Assembly (NCBI GenBank): GCA_965217775.1
Contig: CBDCJH010000002.1
Location: forward strand, 1,088,001 to 1,152,000
Source of the DNA: Acidobacteriota bacterium
Lineage (GTDB): Bacteria; Acidobacteriota; UBA6911; RPQK01; JAJDTT01
Reading direction: 5' to 3'
DNA length: 64,000 nt
Shown one piece after another: positions 50,788 to 60,555 of the stretch; the stretch's first letter is position 1; every line of letters begins with the position of its first letter. The notes below the pieces were generated by a model, which had not been told where the DNA came from, searched no databases, and worked only from the letters and a program-made list of their open reading frames with translations. Position numbers and translations under genes: made by a program.

Positions 50788-52331
50788 GCCTGGAATTGTG
50801 GCTGTCCAATCTCTGGTTCTACAGCCTCCAGACCGGAATCCTGATTCTGGTCGGCGGCCTCCTCGCCTGGATCTCCCGTCTCCGCGAGCCCGGCCGCTTG
50901 TACCTCTACTGGCGTCTGCTGCTGGCAGGGTGTCTGATCCTGGTATTTCAACCTGGGGTCCCGGGAGCCTTGCCTGATCCGGTGTCCGTTCCGTCACTCG
51001 GGGTATCGGTTCTTACCACTGCTCAGGTGGCGAACCCAGAGGCGCGCCCCGTCGCCAATTTATATCCGTGGTTGGGAGGACTGCTGGTCTCGGGCATCGT
51101 GCTCCGCCTGATCTGGCTGGGAATCGGTCTCTTCCGGCTCCGCCGCTTAAAGCTCAGTACCGTGCGTCTTCCCCTACCGCAGCAGGTGCAGATGCTGAAG
51201 GAGAAGCTGGGAGTCTCCGCCCGATTTCGTGTCTCGTCCGAGGTGAGCGGTCCCATCACCTTCGGCTGTCTGCAACCCGTCGTCATCTTTCCCGAGTCGT
51301 TCACCGAATTGGACAAGGGAATGCAGAGTGCCGTCGCCTGCCATGAGCTGCTGCACGTGAAGAGGAGGGACTGGCTCTGGAACACGGTGGAGGAGTTTGT
51401 GAGAACTCTTTTTTGGTTCCACCCTGGTTTCCATTGGCTGATCAGCCGGATTCAACTGACCCGGGAGCAGGTGGTGGACGAGCAGGCCGTGATCCTGCTG
51501 GGTTCCAGTAGGACCTATCTTCGATCTTTGGTGGAGATCGCGAAGCGGGGCAGGAGCGCCCCCTTGCCGGCTCCTCTGTTTCTCAAGGAGTCACAACTCG
51601 GACGCCGCGTACGGCTGCTGCTCCAACTCCGGGAGGTAAAAATGTCCAAGATGAAAACGAGAATATCTTTGGCCGTCAGTCTTGTGATGCTGGCGGTGAC
51701 CGGCTGGTGGAGCTTGGCTGCACTGCCCTTGACGTCCCCTCACTCGGCGCGACTTCCGCAAGCGGAATCTGAACTTCAGGAGCCTGTTCAGGTGGGAAGT
51801 AACGTCATGAAGAGCAAACTGGCCCTCCGGGTTCAACCTGAGTACCCGGATCACCTGACTGCTTCTCGACCAACGGGTCACGTCATATTGTCTGCCGTGA
51901 TCGGCAGGAGTGGAGAAGTTCAACAGGTGGAAGTCTTGCGAGGCGACGAAAGCCATCCTGCTTTGAACTCTGTGGCTTTGGAGGCGGTGAAACTGTGGCG
52001 CTATGAGCCGTTTACATTGGACGGGAAACCCGTTCCAGTCAGGACCACCGTCATTGTTCGTTTTCCTCCGGATGGAATCGATCCCCAACTGGTCGATGAG
52101 ATGAAGGAAAGCCAGCGCGAGATCGAGAGGACGCGGAAGGAACTTGAGCGAGCCCGGAGCGAGATCGCTGGGATTGATCTCAAGGAGCTGGAAAGAGCGC
52201 GGAAGGAACTTGAGCGTGTCTGGGGTGAGATGGCTGAGATCGATCTCCAAATCATGGCCGATAGGTTGGAGGAGATCAGGGGCCAGATCGAGACGGTACG
52301 GAAGGAACTCGAGCGGCCAAATTTGAGATGA
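50784..52331 (+). CDS. BlaR1-like M56 peptidase fused to TonB C-terminal domain and coiled coil
   Basis: GPITFG...PVVIFP, HELLHVKRRD, FWFHP, REQVVD; then VQPEYP, G.V...VI...G.V, A.EAVK.WRYEP..LDGKPV. Confidence 0.9.
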   Translation: MSLELWLSNLWFYSLQTGILILVGGLLAWISRLREPGRLYLYWRLLLAGCLILVFQPGVPGALPDPVSVPSLGVSVLTTAQVANPEARPVANLYPWLGGLLVSGIVLRLIWLGIGLFRLRRLKLSTVRLPLPQQVQMLKEKLGVSARFRVSSEVSGPITFGCLQPVVIFPESFTELDKGMQSAVACHELLHVKRRDWLWNTVEEFVRTLFWFHPGFHWLISRIQLTREQVVDEQAVILLGSSRTYLRSLVEIAKRGRSAPLPAPLFLKESQLGRRVRLLLQLREVKMSKMKTRISLAVSLVMLAVTGWWSLAALPLTSPHSARLPQAESELQEPVQVGSNVMKSKLALRVQPEYPDHLTASRPTGHVILSAVIGRSGEVQQVEVLRGDESHPALNSVALEAVKLWRYEPFTLDGKPVPVRTTVIVRFPPDGIDPQLVDEMKESQREIERTRKELERARSEIAGIDLKELERARKELERVWGEMAEIDLQIMADRLEEIRGQIETVRKELERPNLR

Positions 52332-52575
52332 AACCGTTTGTGTTGGGATTCTGCAAATGCTGAAAGAGAAATGGAAACAAGCCATCCGTGAAGGGAATTT
52401 TCTGCTTAGTCCCAACCCTATGGTTACAGGGCCCCGCCTCTTGGAATCGGTCCCGTTCCTGAAGCGGTCGAGAGTCGACTGGGTCCTGGTACTCGGACCC
52501 AGTCCCATGGAGTTCCAGGAGTCCGGCGCCGAAGTGATCTGCACATCCGATTGGGTACAGATCAGGAGTCCCGAA

Positions 52576-54834
52576 ATGCTGAAACAATTGGGCAAGGCAG
52601 TTTGGCCCTGGGTTGTATTGCTGTGGGCAGTTACGAGCCTGTCCTGCCAACTATGGCAGAGGGGAAGCGATTCCAATCCGGAGACGTCAATTCACCGGAT
52701 AGATGTTCGATATGACGCAGATGTGCTACCCGAAGAAAACGATCCGCCGTTCGTTCCCGGGGCTGAATGTGGGGTGCAGTCCAGCGACGACGGGATTCTG
52801 AACATTGAAGACAACGTGTCTGAAGTCGGATCAGGAGCCTCCATGTGTACGTTCTATTCCCGGAATGACCCCTTGACGAGTCAAGATGACGCTGAAATGG
52901 AATTTCGAGTACGGGTTCGCTCGGTCGGATCACCGGGCGGAAGCCGATCGGTCCAAGCCGGGTTTCTCGATGGAGCCAAGATCATTCAACTCGGCCTTTC
53001 AACCACCAGCGTTCAGTTCTTGACCAGCCAGGGCATGGAAATTGCAAAGTCTCGCGTCTCTGTGGATACAACGGTCTTTCATACCTATCGGATCGTGAAA
53101 CATGGCGATGTGTCCGTTGACATTCTTGTCGACGGAGAGTTGAAGGTCAGGCTCTCCTACGCGTCGCTTTCCGACTACTCTGGCCAGGAAGCTCCGAGGC
53201 AGGGATTCGGGGCCGGATCGAGCTGGGGAACCTCGAAGTCGGACTGGGATTTCGTCAACTACAACATCAGTCGACGCCCGCCGCAGGATGACAGCCAGGA
53301 ATCGGACACCTTGGATATCTCTCAGAAGCGATTACAGCAAAATGATCGAGAACCCAAGTATCTGACTACCGAAACTGCCGACAATCTGAAAAGGCCACGG
53401 TTGGTGTTGTTGGAAGAAATCCGTCTCGACCCACCCGAAGGCCTCTCACTACACATGCATGACGTGGCCATCGGACCCAAGAGTTTCTTTCTGCTCAATT
53501 TCCGAGATACCGTCTCCGAGTTCGGTCTGGACGGCCGGTTTATTCGTCACTATGGGGAGAAACTTCGAAATCAGCTCGATCTCGGCCGGCTGTACGGGTG
53601 GGCAGCGAATCCCCGAAACGGCCGGCTCTATGTTTCGGAAACCAGACTCCTCACTATTTTTTATCCTGACGGATCGTTCGGACAGAGAATTGAACTTCCC
53701 GAAAACATAACTGCGTCTGCAATCACTTTTAGCCGGAACGGCGATCTTGTTCTGGATCTCAATATGATTGACGGCCCCTGGCTCGCTGTCCTGAAGGACG
53801 ACGGGAATATAACTCTCTTCGGCGAAGAAAGACGAAAATTGTTGGGCCCGGACGAAGAATTCAGGCCGAATTTCATGCCGCGGTTTCATACTCTGACCGA
53901 CAGCAGTGGCAACATTTATGCGATTAACAGAGTGGATTACGAGATTCGGAAGTATGACCAGGATGGCGTCTATATTGGGGACTTCAAGATACAGAGAGAT
54001 CAGCACTATCGCCCTCCGCCCGATGGAGTAGACAAATCGCTGCTGTGGACCGACCCGGAATTCAGTGAAAATTGGTATTCCACCTGGACGGCTGTGACCG
54101 GTTCAGCAATCGCCAATGGCCGATACCTGATCGCAGCTCTCGGATCGTTGTCCGCGGCCGACCAGAAAGTGCGTCTCCACTTCTACGACCTGGAGGGAAG
54201 GAAGGCCTTTCAACAGATAGAGTGGGAAGAACATCTGGTCGGAAACGATTCGGAAGGCGATCTGTACTTTTACTCGAGGCCGGCGGATGCCTTGAGAGTC
54301 TACGCGTTGGAGCCGACTTATTCGCCTGACAGGTCCAAACATACCCGCCTTCTGAATAAAAAGCGCGAGAATGGAGGTGGAAAGGCTTACGAAGAAACCC
54401 GGAAGGTCGAGACCGAGGCAGCGCCTGCGCCTGCTTTCAGTGTGACCTCGCTCGATGGAGAAGACCTCAACTCAAGGTCCCTCCGTGGCAAGGTGGTCGT
54501 GCTGAATTTCTGGTTCATCGGGTGCGCACCCTGCCGAATCGAGATCCCCAGTCTCAACAAGTTGGTGGATGAATTCGACCAGGACGATGTCGTGTTCATC
54601 GCGTTTGCCAGGGACGACGAGGCGCCACTCAGGTCCTTTCTCAAGGAACTGCCGTTCAAATACAAGATCATCCCCGCCGCGGACGTCATCAGTAAATTCA
54701 ACGTCAGCACGTATCCGACTCACATCGTTATCGATCAGAAGGGCGACATCGACACGGTCCTTTTCGGTGGTGGCGAAAATCGCCATGAAGACCTGCAACC
54801 ATTGATCGAGCGCCTTCTACAAGCGGAGTCGTAA
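52576..54834 (+). CDS. putative lipoprotein: lectin-like domain, 6-bladed propeller, TlpA/redoxin domain
   Basis: GGAG RBS and lipobox-like SLSC; NHL-like blades; C-terminal LRGKVVVLNFWFIGCAPCRIEIP. Confidence 0.78.
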   Translation: MLKQLGKAVWPWVVLLWAVTSLSCQLWQRGSDSNPETSIHRIDVRYDADVLPEENDPPFVPGAECGVQSSDDGILNIEDNVSEVGSGASMCTFYSRNDPLTSQDDAEMEFRVRVRSVGSPGGSRSVQAGFLDGAKIIQLGLSTTSVQFLTSQGMEIAKSRVSVDTTVFHTYRIVKHGDVSVDILVDGELKVRLSYASLSDYSGQEAPRQGFGAGSSWGTSKSDWDFVNYNISRRPPQDDSQESDTLDISQKRLQQNDREPKYLTTETADNLKRPRLVLLEEIRLDPPEGLSLHMHDVAIGPKSFFLLNFRDTVSEFGLDGRFIRHYGEKLRNQLDLGRLYGWAANPRNGRLYVSETRLLTIFYPDGSFGQRIELPENITASAITFSRNGDLVLDLNMIDGPWLAVLKDDGNITLFGEERRKLLGPDEEFRPNFMPRFHTLTDSSGNIYAINRVDYEIRKYDQDGVYIGDFKIQRDQHYRPPPDGVDKSLLWTDPEFSENWYSTWTAVTGSAIANGRYLIAALGSLSAADQKVRLHFYDLEGRKAFQQIEWEEHLVGNDSEGDLYFYSRPADALRVYALEPTYSPDRSKHTRLLNKKRENGGGKAYEETRKVETEAAPAPAFSVTSLDGEDLNSRSLRGKVVVLNFWFIGCAPCRIEIPSLNKLVDEFDQDDVVFIAFARDDEAPLRSFLKELPFKYKIIPAADVISKFNVSTYPTHIVIDQKGDIDTVLFGGGENRHEDLQPLIERLLQAES

Positions 54835-54965
54835 GGGGTTTGTAAAACCGACGCGAGGTTGGCGAACTGTGAGTGTTCGGTCAAATTCAGGTGCTTGTGT
54901 CAGGCCAAGGTCGGTTCGACAAAATGGTTCGTGCTGGGATTCGGACCTCTGGCCTTCCAGCTGTT

Positions 54966-55514
54966 TCAGTTGTCGAACTCTCCCCGATACGACACTTGGA
55001 GGGCATTGTTGAACAGGTTCAGCAGTTGAATCAGGCCGATCAGAAACGTTAGCTCTACGATCTCCTCATCCGAAAATTCCTTCCGGAGCCGATCGAAGAA
55101 GTCTTCCTCGATTCGGTTGGCGTCCTGGATCGCCAAGGCCGTGTAGTCCAGCGCCAATGCCTCCCTGCGGCTCAGATGCTCCGGCGCTTCCAGATCCTCG
55201 ATCTGCGGATCCGGAATACCGATCATCCGCATCACGGTTCGGTGGGTGTTGATACAGAACTGGCATTCGTTTTGGAGCGAGGCTTTCAGGATCACCTTCT
55301 CCTTCAGAGGACGTTCCAAAATCCCGCCGGGGTAGACTCCCTGGCCGGTTTCTCCGAAGGCCTTCAGGATCTCGGGCCGCAAGGACATGGCCTGAAGCAT
55401 CTCCAACGGCAGGCGGCCGGCCTCGGCAAGTGCCCGGCTCTCTTCGAACGCGGGAGAACCGCTCAGCCCTTGGAAAATCTGCTTGACTCTTTCCGGATCG
55501 ATACTGACTCGCAT
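54966..55514 (-). CDS. AhpD/carboxymuconolactone decarboxylase-family protein
   Basis: LKEKVIL..S..NECQFCINTH and FSDEEIVEL motifs. Confidence 0.88.
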   Translation of the reverse strand: MRVSIDPERVKQIFQGLSGSPAFEESRALAEAGRLPLEMLQAMSLRPEILKAFGETGQGVYPGGILERPLKEKVILKASLQNECQFCINTHRTVMRMIGIPDPQIEDLEAPEHLSRREALALDYTALAIQDANRIEEDFFDRLRKEFSDEEIVELTFLIGLIQLLNLFNNALQVSYRGEFDN

Positions 55515-55645
55515 CGGCTGCCTCCAAATGAAATGTCCCGGCACCGGCTCCGAACGACTGGAATTCTCTCAGGTTCGGGTCTAGCATTCATACAAGACGA
55601 CGGTACAGTCCTTTTTCCGGTCCACACAGCCGAGGAGGTGAACAA

Positions 55646-56944
55646 ATGTCCGCTACGAATCGTCGAGCTTTCTTGCAGGAATCGGGTCTGGGTCTGACGG
55701 CGGCCGCCGTCGGGTTGACTCCCGCGGTGGGCAGCGTTCTGGGAGCCAACGACCGCCTCCACGTGGGGGTCATCGGCTGCGGCGGCCGGGGACGGCGGCT
55801 GGGCGAGAACTTCGCTGCCTTGGAGGGCTGCCGGGTGACCCATGTCTGCGACCCGGACTCCCAGCGCGTGGCACAGGCCTTGGAACAGACCGGCGCGGCT
55901 CGCGGAGTCGCGGACCTCCGCTACATCCTGGACGACCCCGAGGTGGATGCGGTGGTCATCGCCACCTGCGATCATTGGCACGCTCCGGCCGCCATCCTCG
56001 CCTGCCAGGCCGGCAAGCACGTCTACGTGGAGAAGCCCTGCTCCCACAACGTCCGGGAGGGGCGGCAGATGATCGAGGCCGCCCGCCGTCACGGCCGGGT
56101 GATGCAGCACGGCACCCAGAGCCGGTCCAGCTCCGGCGTGATCCGAGCCATCGGGATGCTCCGGGAAGGAGTGATCGGCGAAGTCCTGGTGGCCAAGCAC
56201 GTGAACAGTCAGAAACGGCGCAATATCGGGCACGAAAAGGCGGCCCGTCCCCCGGCGCACGTGGACTACGATCTCTGGGTCGGTCCCGCCGAATGGGCCG
56301 AGTACCAGGCCAACTACGTCCACTACCACTGGCACTGGTTCTACAACTTCGGCACCGGTGACATCGGCAACGACGGGGTCCACGGCATCGACCTCGCCCG
56401 CTGGGGGCTGGGCGTTGAGACCCATCCCAATCTGGCCACCGGCTACGGGTCCAAGCTCTACTTCGACGACGACCAGGAGTTCCCCGACACCTACACGGTG
56501 ACGTTCGTCTATCCCGGAGGCGGCGGCGACCGTCAGGAACGGCTGCTGGTCTACGAACAGCGCATCTGGTCGCCCTATCGAAACGACGCTCAGGAGAACA
56601 GCCTCTACTTCTACGGCACCGAGGGGATGATGACCCTGGGAGGGCAGGGAATCCGGATCTATGGCAAGAAGAACGAGCTGATCCGCGAGGAAGAACGGTA
56701 CAAGCTCACCAGGGGAGTCCATCAGAAGGACTTCCTGGACGCCATTCGATCCGGTGGGCGCCCCGTGGCGGACATCGAGGTCGGCCACCTCTCCTCCACT
56801 CTCCCCCACTTGGGGAACATCGTGGCCCGGACGAATCGAAGCGTCCGCTTCGACCCGGACCAGGAGCGGATCGTGGGAGACGACGAGGCCGATGCGCTGC
56901 TGGCCCGCCGCTACCGGCCCGGCCACTGGGCCGTACCCAGTTGA
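55646..56944 (+). CDS. Tat-exported Gfo/Idh/MocA oxidoreductase
   Basis: NRRAFL Tat signal, GCGGRG, ATCDHWH, HVYVEKP, GTQSRS, DYDLWVGPA. Confidence 0.93.
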   Translation: MSATNRRAFLQESGLGLTAAAVGLTPAVGSVLGANDRLHVGVIGCGGRGRRLGENFAALEGCRVTHVCDPDSQRVAQALEQTGAARGVADLRYILDDPEVDAVVIATCDHWHAPAAILACQAGKHVYVEKPCSHNVREGRQMIEAARRHGRVMQHGTQSRSSSGVIRAIGMLREGVIGEVLVAKHVNSQKRRNIGHEKAARPPAHVDYDLWVGPAEWAEYQANYVHYHWHWFYNFGTGDIGNDGVHGIDLARWGLGVETHPNLATGYGSKLYFDDDQEFPDTYTVTFVYPGGGGDRQERLLVYEQRIWSPYRNDAQENSLYFYGTEGMMTLGGQGIRIYGKKNELIREEERYKLTRGVHQKDFLDAIRSGGRPVADIEVGHLSSTLPHLGNIVARTNRSVRFDPDQERIVGDDEADALLARRYRPGHWAVPS

Positions 56945-56954
56945 GGCGCAAGGA

Positions 56955-57296
56955 TCAGGCCTTCAGCGATACCGTCGCTATCACCTGACACACGGCCCCG
57001 GCCGGAAGCTCCGCACGGAGCCGCAGGTAGGTGCCGAAGTGGAGTACCCGGCAGAAGGTCAACTCACCCACCCGGCCGGGCAGGGCGAGGGTGGTGCCCT
57101 CATCGACCCAATGCACACCGTCGGGCGAGATCTGGACCGCGGCCCGAGCGTCGTTGACCTCTCCCTGCACTCGTAAGGCTCGAAGAAAGAAGATGGCTTC
57201 CGAGGCCCAGGCGGCTTCGTAGGGCTCGGTCGCGAACTTGTGCTCCCAATCTTCGCCCAAGGAGAGAATCGCCGTATGACTCTCTCGCAACCTCAA
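56955..57296 (-). CDS. conserved hypothetical protein coupled to upstream DUF6772-like gene
   Basis: TTGA overlap with upstream gene; ATEPYEAAWASEA and VQISPDGVHWVDEG. Confidence 0.7.
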   Translation of the reverse strand: MRLRESHTAILSLGEDWEHKFATEPYEAAWASEAIFFLRALRVQGEVNDARAAVQISPDGVHWVDEGTTLALPGRVGELTFCRVLHFGTYLRLRAELPAGAVCQVIATVSLKA

Positions 57297-58186
57297 TCCC
57301 AGTCTCCCGACAAGATCACGGAGTCGATGTAGTAGAAGGCTCTCTTGTCCAGGTCCGTCTCGACGAAGAAGGCAACATTGAGCATGTTCCTCAGGTTGGG
57401 CATGGCGGGAATGACGATGGGGTCGATGCCGTCCATGTCATAAGCCATGTCGTTGCACCGGAAATGCGTGTAGCGCATGGTCCGCAGGTCGAACCCCACC
57501 TTGGCATAGTGCCAGTTCACCTTGGTCGGAATCTCGTTGTAGCAGAGCTCCTGCCCGCGGTCCGAGAGGGGGCGCCAGTCCCGGTCGGCCAGGTGATGAT
57601 GCGTGACCGTCTTCTCACCGACTCGGACGAACTCGACGGTCTGCTTCTTGTACTGCCAGCGCTGCACCCTCCGGCCGTCGCTGGAGTTGAGGTATCTCAG
57701 GTGCGGCATCACGCGATGGGCATCGTCCTGGAGATCGAACAGGACTCCCACCGAGCGAACGTCCAGGTCCGATAGCCGGAGCTCGGAGGCCTCGGGCTTG
57801 AAGGTGAAGATGAACTCCAACTGGATGGGACAGGGTCTGGAGAAGGTCACCCGTTTGATGGCGACTGCCTGGGCACCGCTCTGGGGACGAGTGGCCAGCT
57901 TCAGTGCGTAACTCCCGCTCATCGCCCCATGAGTTCCGCCGTCCCAGTGGGTCAGGTTGCTCAGCATCGGCTGGGTCAGGGACCTGTAGCCGGGATGCAT
58001 GCTGTCGAGGCTTCCCTCGTAGTTGCCGATCAGCGCCGTCCAGCCATTCATTCCCTGGTTGAAGTCGTCGTAATAGAAGATCCGAGGCAGCGGATCGAAA
58101 CGGCTCAGAGAGGGGTGGGAACGAAAAGGGAGGCTATCCGGTGACCCCATCCAGCATTCCTGCGCCCGAGAACACGGGCGGCTCAT
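57293..58186 (-). CDS. hypothetical protein (DUF6772-like)
   Basis: Long ORF with DDFNQG.NGW, GTHG...G.YALKLAT, LCYNE.PTK.NWHY motifs. Family name recalled, not searched. Confidence 0.65.
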   Translation of the reverse strand: MSRPCSRAQECWMGSPDSLPFRSHPSLSRFDPLPRIFYYDDFNQGMNGWTALIGNYEGSLDSMHPGYRSLTQPMLSNLTHWDGGTHGAMSGSYALKLATRPQSGAQAVAIKRVTFSRPCPIQLEFIFTFKPEASELRLSDLDVRSVGVLFDLQDDAHRVMPHLRYLNSSDGRRVQRWQYKKQTVEFVRVGEKTVTHHHLADRDWRPLSDRGQELCYNEIPTKVNWHYAKVGFDLRTMRYTHFRCNDMAYDMDGIDPIVIPAMPNLRNMLNVAFFVETDLDKRAFYYIDSVILSGDWD

Positions 58187-58267
58187 GACTTGCGATCATC
58201 CCGCGAGGCTACTTCCTGCTACTGTAAAGTATACGCGCCTCGTATGACCGGAAGACCCAGTCACGTT

Positions 58268-60412
58268 CAGGGCCATCCCACGCTAGGAATATCTGACGAT
58301 TCGCCCCAACAACCGCAGAGGTTTGCATTCTCCGCTGGCTTTTTTTCGCCCCAGGCTTCATCCTGGGGGTATGAGCGCTCCAGCAGACGACGAAGTGATC
58401 TTCAAGGAAACCCCGGAAGGCTTTTTCCTCAACGATGCCCAGGTGCGACTGGCCCGCCCCGACGAGCGGGTGAAGTGGGACCGACGGGTTCACCAACACC
58501 ATTACCTCGGCTTCAAACGGTTTGCCGGTCGCGGTCTGCGCTACGTCGTCGAATGGCGCGGGAAGTGGCTGGCGCTCGCCGGCTGGCAGTCGGGCGCCTT
58601 CAAGTGTCGGCATCGGGACCGCTGGATCGGGTGGAAGCCCGACCTGCAGTACCGGCGTCTGCATCTGATCGCAAACAACACGCGATTCGTGATTCTCGCT
58701 TCCAAGGGCGTCTTCCCGGGTCTCGGCTCCTGGACGCTGGCCCGGATGCTGCGGCGTCTCGGTGACGACTGGCAGGCGCACTATGGACACCCGGTACTGA
58801 TCGCCGAGAGCTTTGTCGACCCCGCCCGCTTCGACGGCGCCCTCTACCGCGCTTCCAACTGGCGTTATCTCGGCGACACGCGGGGGTTTGCGCGTCACAA
58901 CGGTCGCTATACCGATCCTCACGGCCAGCCGAAGCAGCTGTACGTGTCCCCGTTGCGGCGCAACGCCTGCCGTCGTCTGCGCGACCCTCGCCCGCTGACC
59001 TCGAAGTGGGAGCCCAAGGGTCCGACCCGGAAGGGCGCGAGCGAGTTGCGCTCGCTGGTTCAGGAGTTGGCCGAGATCAAGGATTTCCGGCGTGCCCAGG
59101 GGCGCAAGCATTCCGTGGCCTCGGTGCTCACCGTCTACCTGCTCGCGAGGCTGGCGAACCTGCGCGGTCCGGTCGCGGCCGCCGAGTATGCGCAGAAGCT
59201 CTCGCAGCCGGAAATCGAGGCGATCGGCGCCTGGAAGAACCCCCGGACCGGCCGCTACGTTCCGGTCTCCAAGTCCACCCTGCACCGCGTGATCTCCTCG
59301 GTGGATCCGGACCAGATCGAGGCCGTGCTCCGGCGGTTCTCGATGCCGAGACTGCAACTGGGCCGCGCGATTGCGGTGGACGGCAAGCGGATTCGCGGCG
59401 CCAACCGCAACGGAGACGGACATTTCGAGACCGCGACACTGGTGGAGCACACCACCGGATTGCCCCTCGCCACCCTCAGCTTCAATGAAGAGGGCGGGGA
59501 GATCGCTGCCGTGCGCGCTCTGCTGGAGAAGGTCGATGTCTCGGGACGCGTCCTCACGGTCGACGCCTTGCACACCACCCGCGAGACCGCGCGCGTCATC
59601 GTCGAAACCCACGGGGCCGACTATCTCATGACGGTCAAGGAAAACGCCCCCGAAACCCATGAGATGCTCTCGACCATCGACTGGAACCGGGACGCGACCG
59701 GGTCTTTCCAGGAAGAGACCGACTTGGCCCATGGGCGCATCGAGCAGCGCTCCATCCAGGTCATGACTCCTCTGGAGGGCCTCCTGAACTACCCCCACGT
59801 CGCCCAGATCTTCCGCATCACACGCCGGCGCACCGACGCCCGGCAAAACGGAACCGGAAAAACCAGCCGCGAGCAGGTCTACGGCATCACCTCGGCGCCG
59901 GCTTACCGCGCGTCCCCCCGGCAACTCCTTGCCGACAACCGCGGCCACTGGGCGGTCGAAGTCAATCACAACCTCCGGGACACCCTCTTTGCCGAAGACG
60001 ACTGTCTCGCCCGCACCCGATTCGCGCCGGCGAACAATGCGACCTGCACCAACCTCGCGATCGCGATCATCATTCACCAGACTTCGTTTGACAGCTTCGC
60101 CTCCGCCACTCGCCACTTCGCACTCCAACGCCAGGACGCCTTCACCGCGCTGCAGTCTCCGTGAGCACCGGCCCAACTCCCATCCCCACACGGCGACGAT
60201 CCGATCCCTCCCGCCGTCCCTGAGACGGAACTTCTACTCGTCCGCAGCCCGACCGGGCCGCTCGGGACCCTCAGCGGCAGGAGCTCAGGGCCCTGACGGC
60301 CCCATGGTGGCGCCCCCATTCGGACCGACCCAACGCCCAGGCCGACAGCAGCGCGCCCTGATCTCGAAAATCAACTCAATTCACGGCAATGTCAGAGCGT
60401 GGGATAGTCCTG
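58268..60412 (+). mobile_element. complete ISAs1-family insertion sequence (2145 bp)
   Basis: 17-bp TIR CAGGGCCATCCCACGCT / AGCGTGGGATAGTCCTG (2 mismatches). 10-bp TSD CAGTCACGTT at 58258-58267 and 60413-60422. Confidence 0.95.
58371..60164 (+). CDS. ISAs1 transposase with N-terminal DUF4338-like domain
   Basis: N-terminal HHYLG, RDRWIGW, IANNTRF, ESFVDP..F.G..YRASNW; then DFRRAQG.KH, AVDGK.IRG, TVDALHT, TVKEN, HGRIE.R, RGHWAVE. Confidence 0.92.
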   Translation: MSAPADDEVIFKETPEGFFLNDAQVRLARPDERVKWDRRVHQHHYLGFKRFAGRGLRYVVEWRGKWLALAGWQSGAFKCRHRDRWIGWKPDLQYRRLHLIANNTRFVILASKGVFPGLGSWTLARMLRRLGDDWQAHYGHPVLIAESFVDPARFDGALYRASNWRYLGDTRGFARHNGRYTDPHGQPKQLYVSPLRRNACRRLRDPRPLTSKWEPKGPTRKGASELRSLVQELAEIKDFRRAQGRKHSVASVLTVYLLARLANLRGPVAAAEYAQKLSQPEIEAIGAWKNPRTGRYVPVSKSTLHRVISSVDPDQIEAVLRRFSMPRLQLGRAIAVDGKRIRGANRNGDGHFETATLVEHTTGLPLATLSFNEEGGEIAAVRALLEKVDVSGRVLTVDALHTTRETARVIVETHGADYLMTVKENAPETHEMLSTIDWNRDATGSFQEETDLAHGRIEQRSIQVMTPLEGLLNYPHVAQIFRITRRRTDARQNGTGKTSREQVYGITSAPAYRASPRQLLADNRGHWAVEVNHNLRDTLFAEDDCLARTRFAPANNATCTNLAIAIIIHQTSFDSFASATRHFALQRQDAFTALQSP

Positions 60413-60555
60413 CAGTCACGTTGGTCGTCTGTCAGTGGCGATCCCTATTTGCACACATCGCGGGAGCCCGAGACGTTGACTCCAGACATCTCTGAGTTCA
60501 GGGTGGTGAAGCGCGAGCTGAAGCTCGTCGGACGGCGTGCCGGGAGGGTTACCGC

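Noticed and set aside
50416-52331. Beta-lactam resistance regulon
   Set aside because: No penicillin-binding sensor domain and no beta-lactamase nearby.
58371-59000. Druantia anti-phage system (DruA-like domain)
   Set aside because: The domain is fused to an ISAs1 transposase within TIRs and a TSD, and no other dru genes are present.
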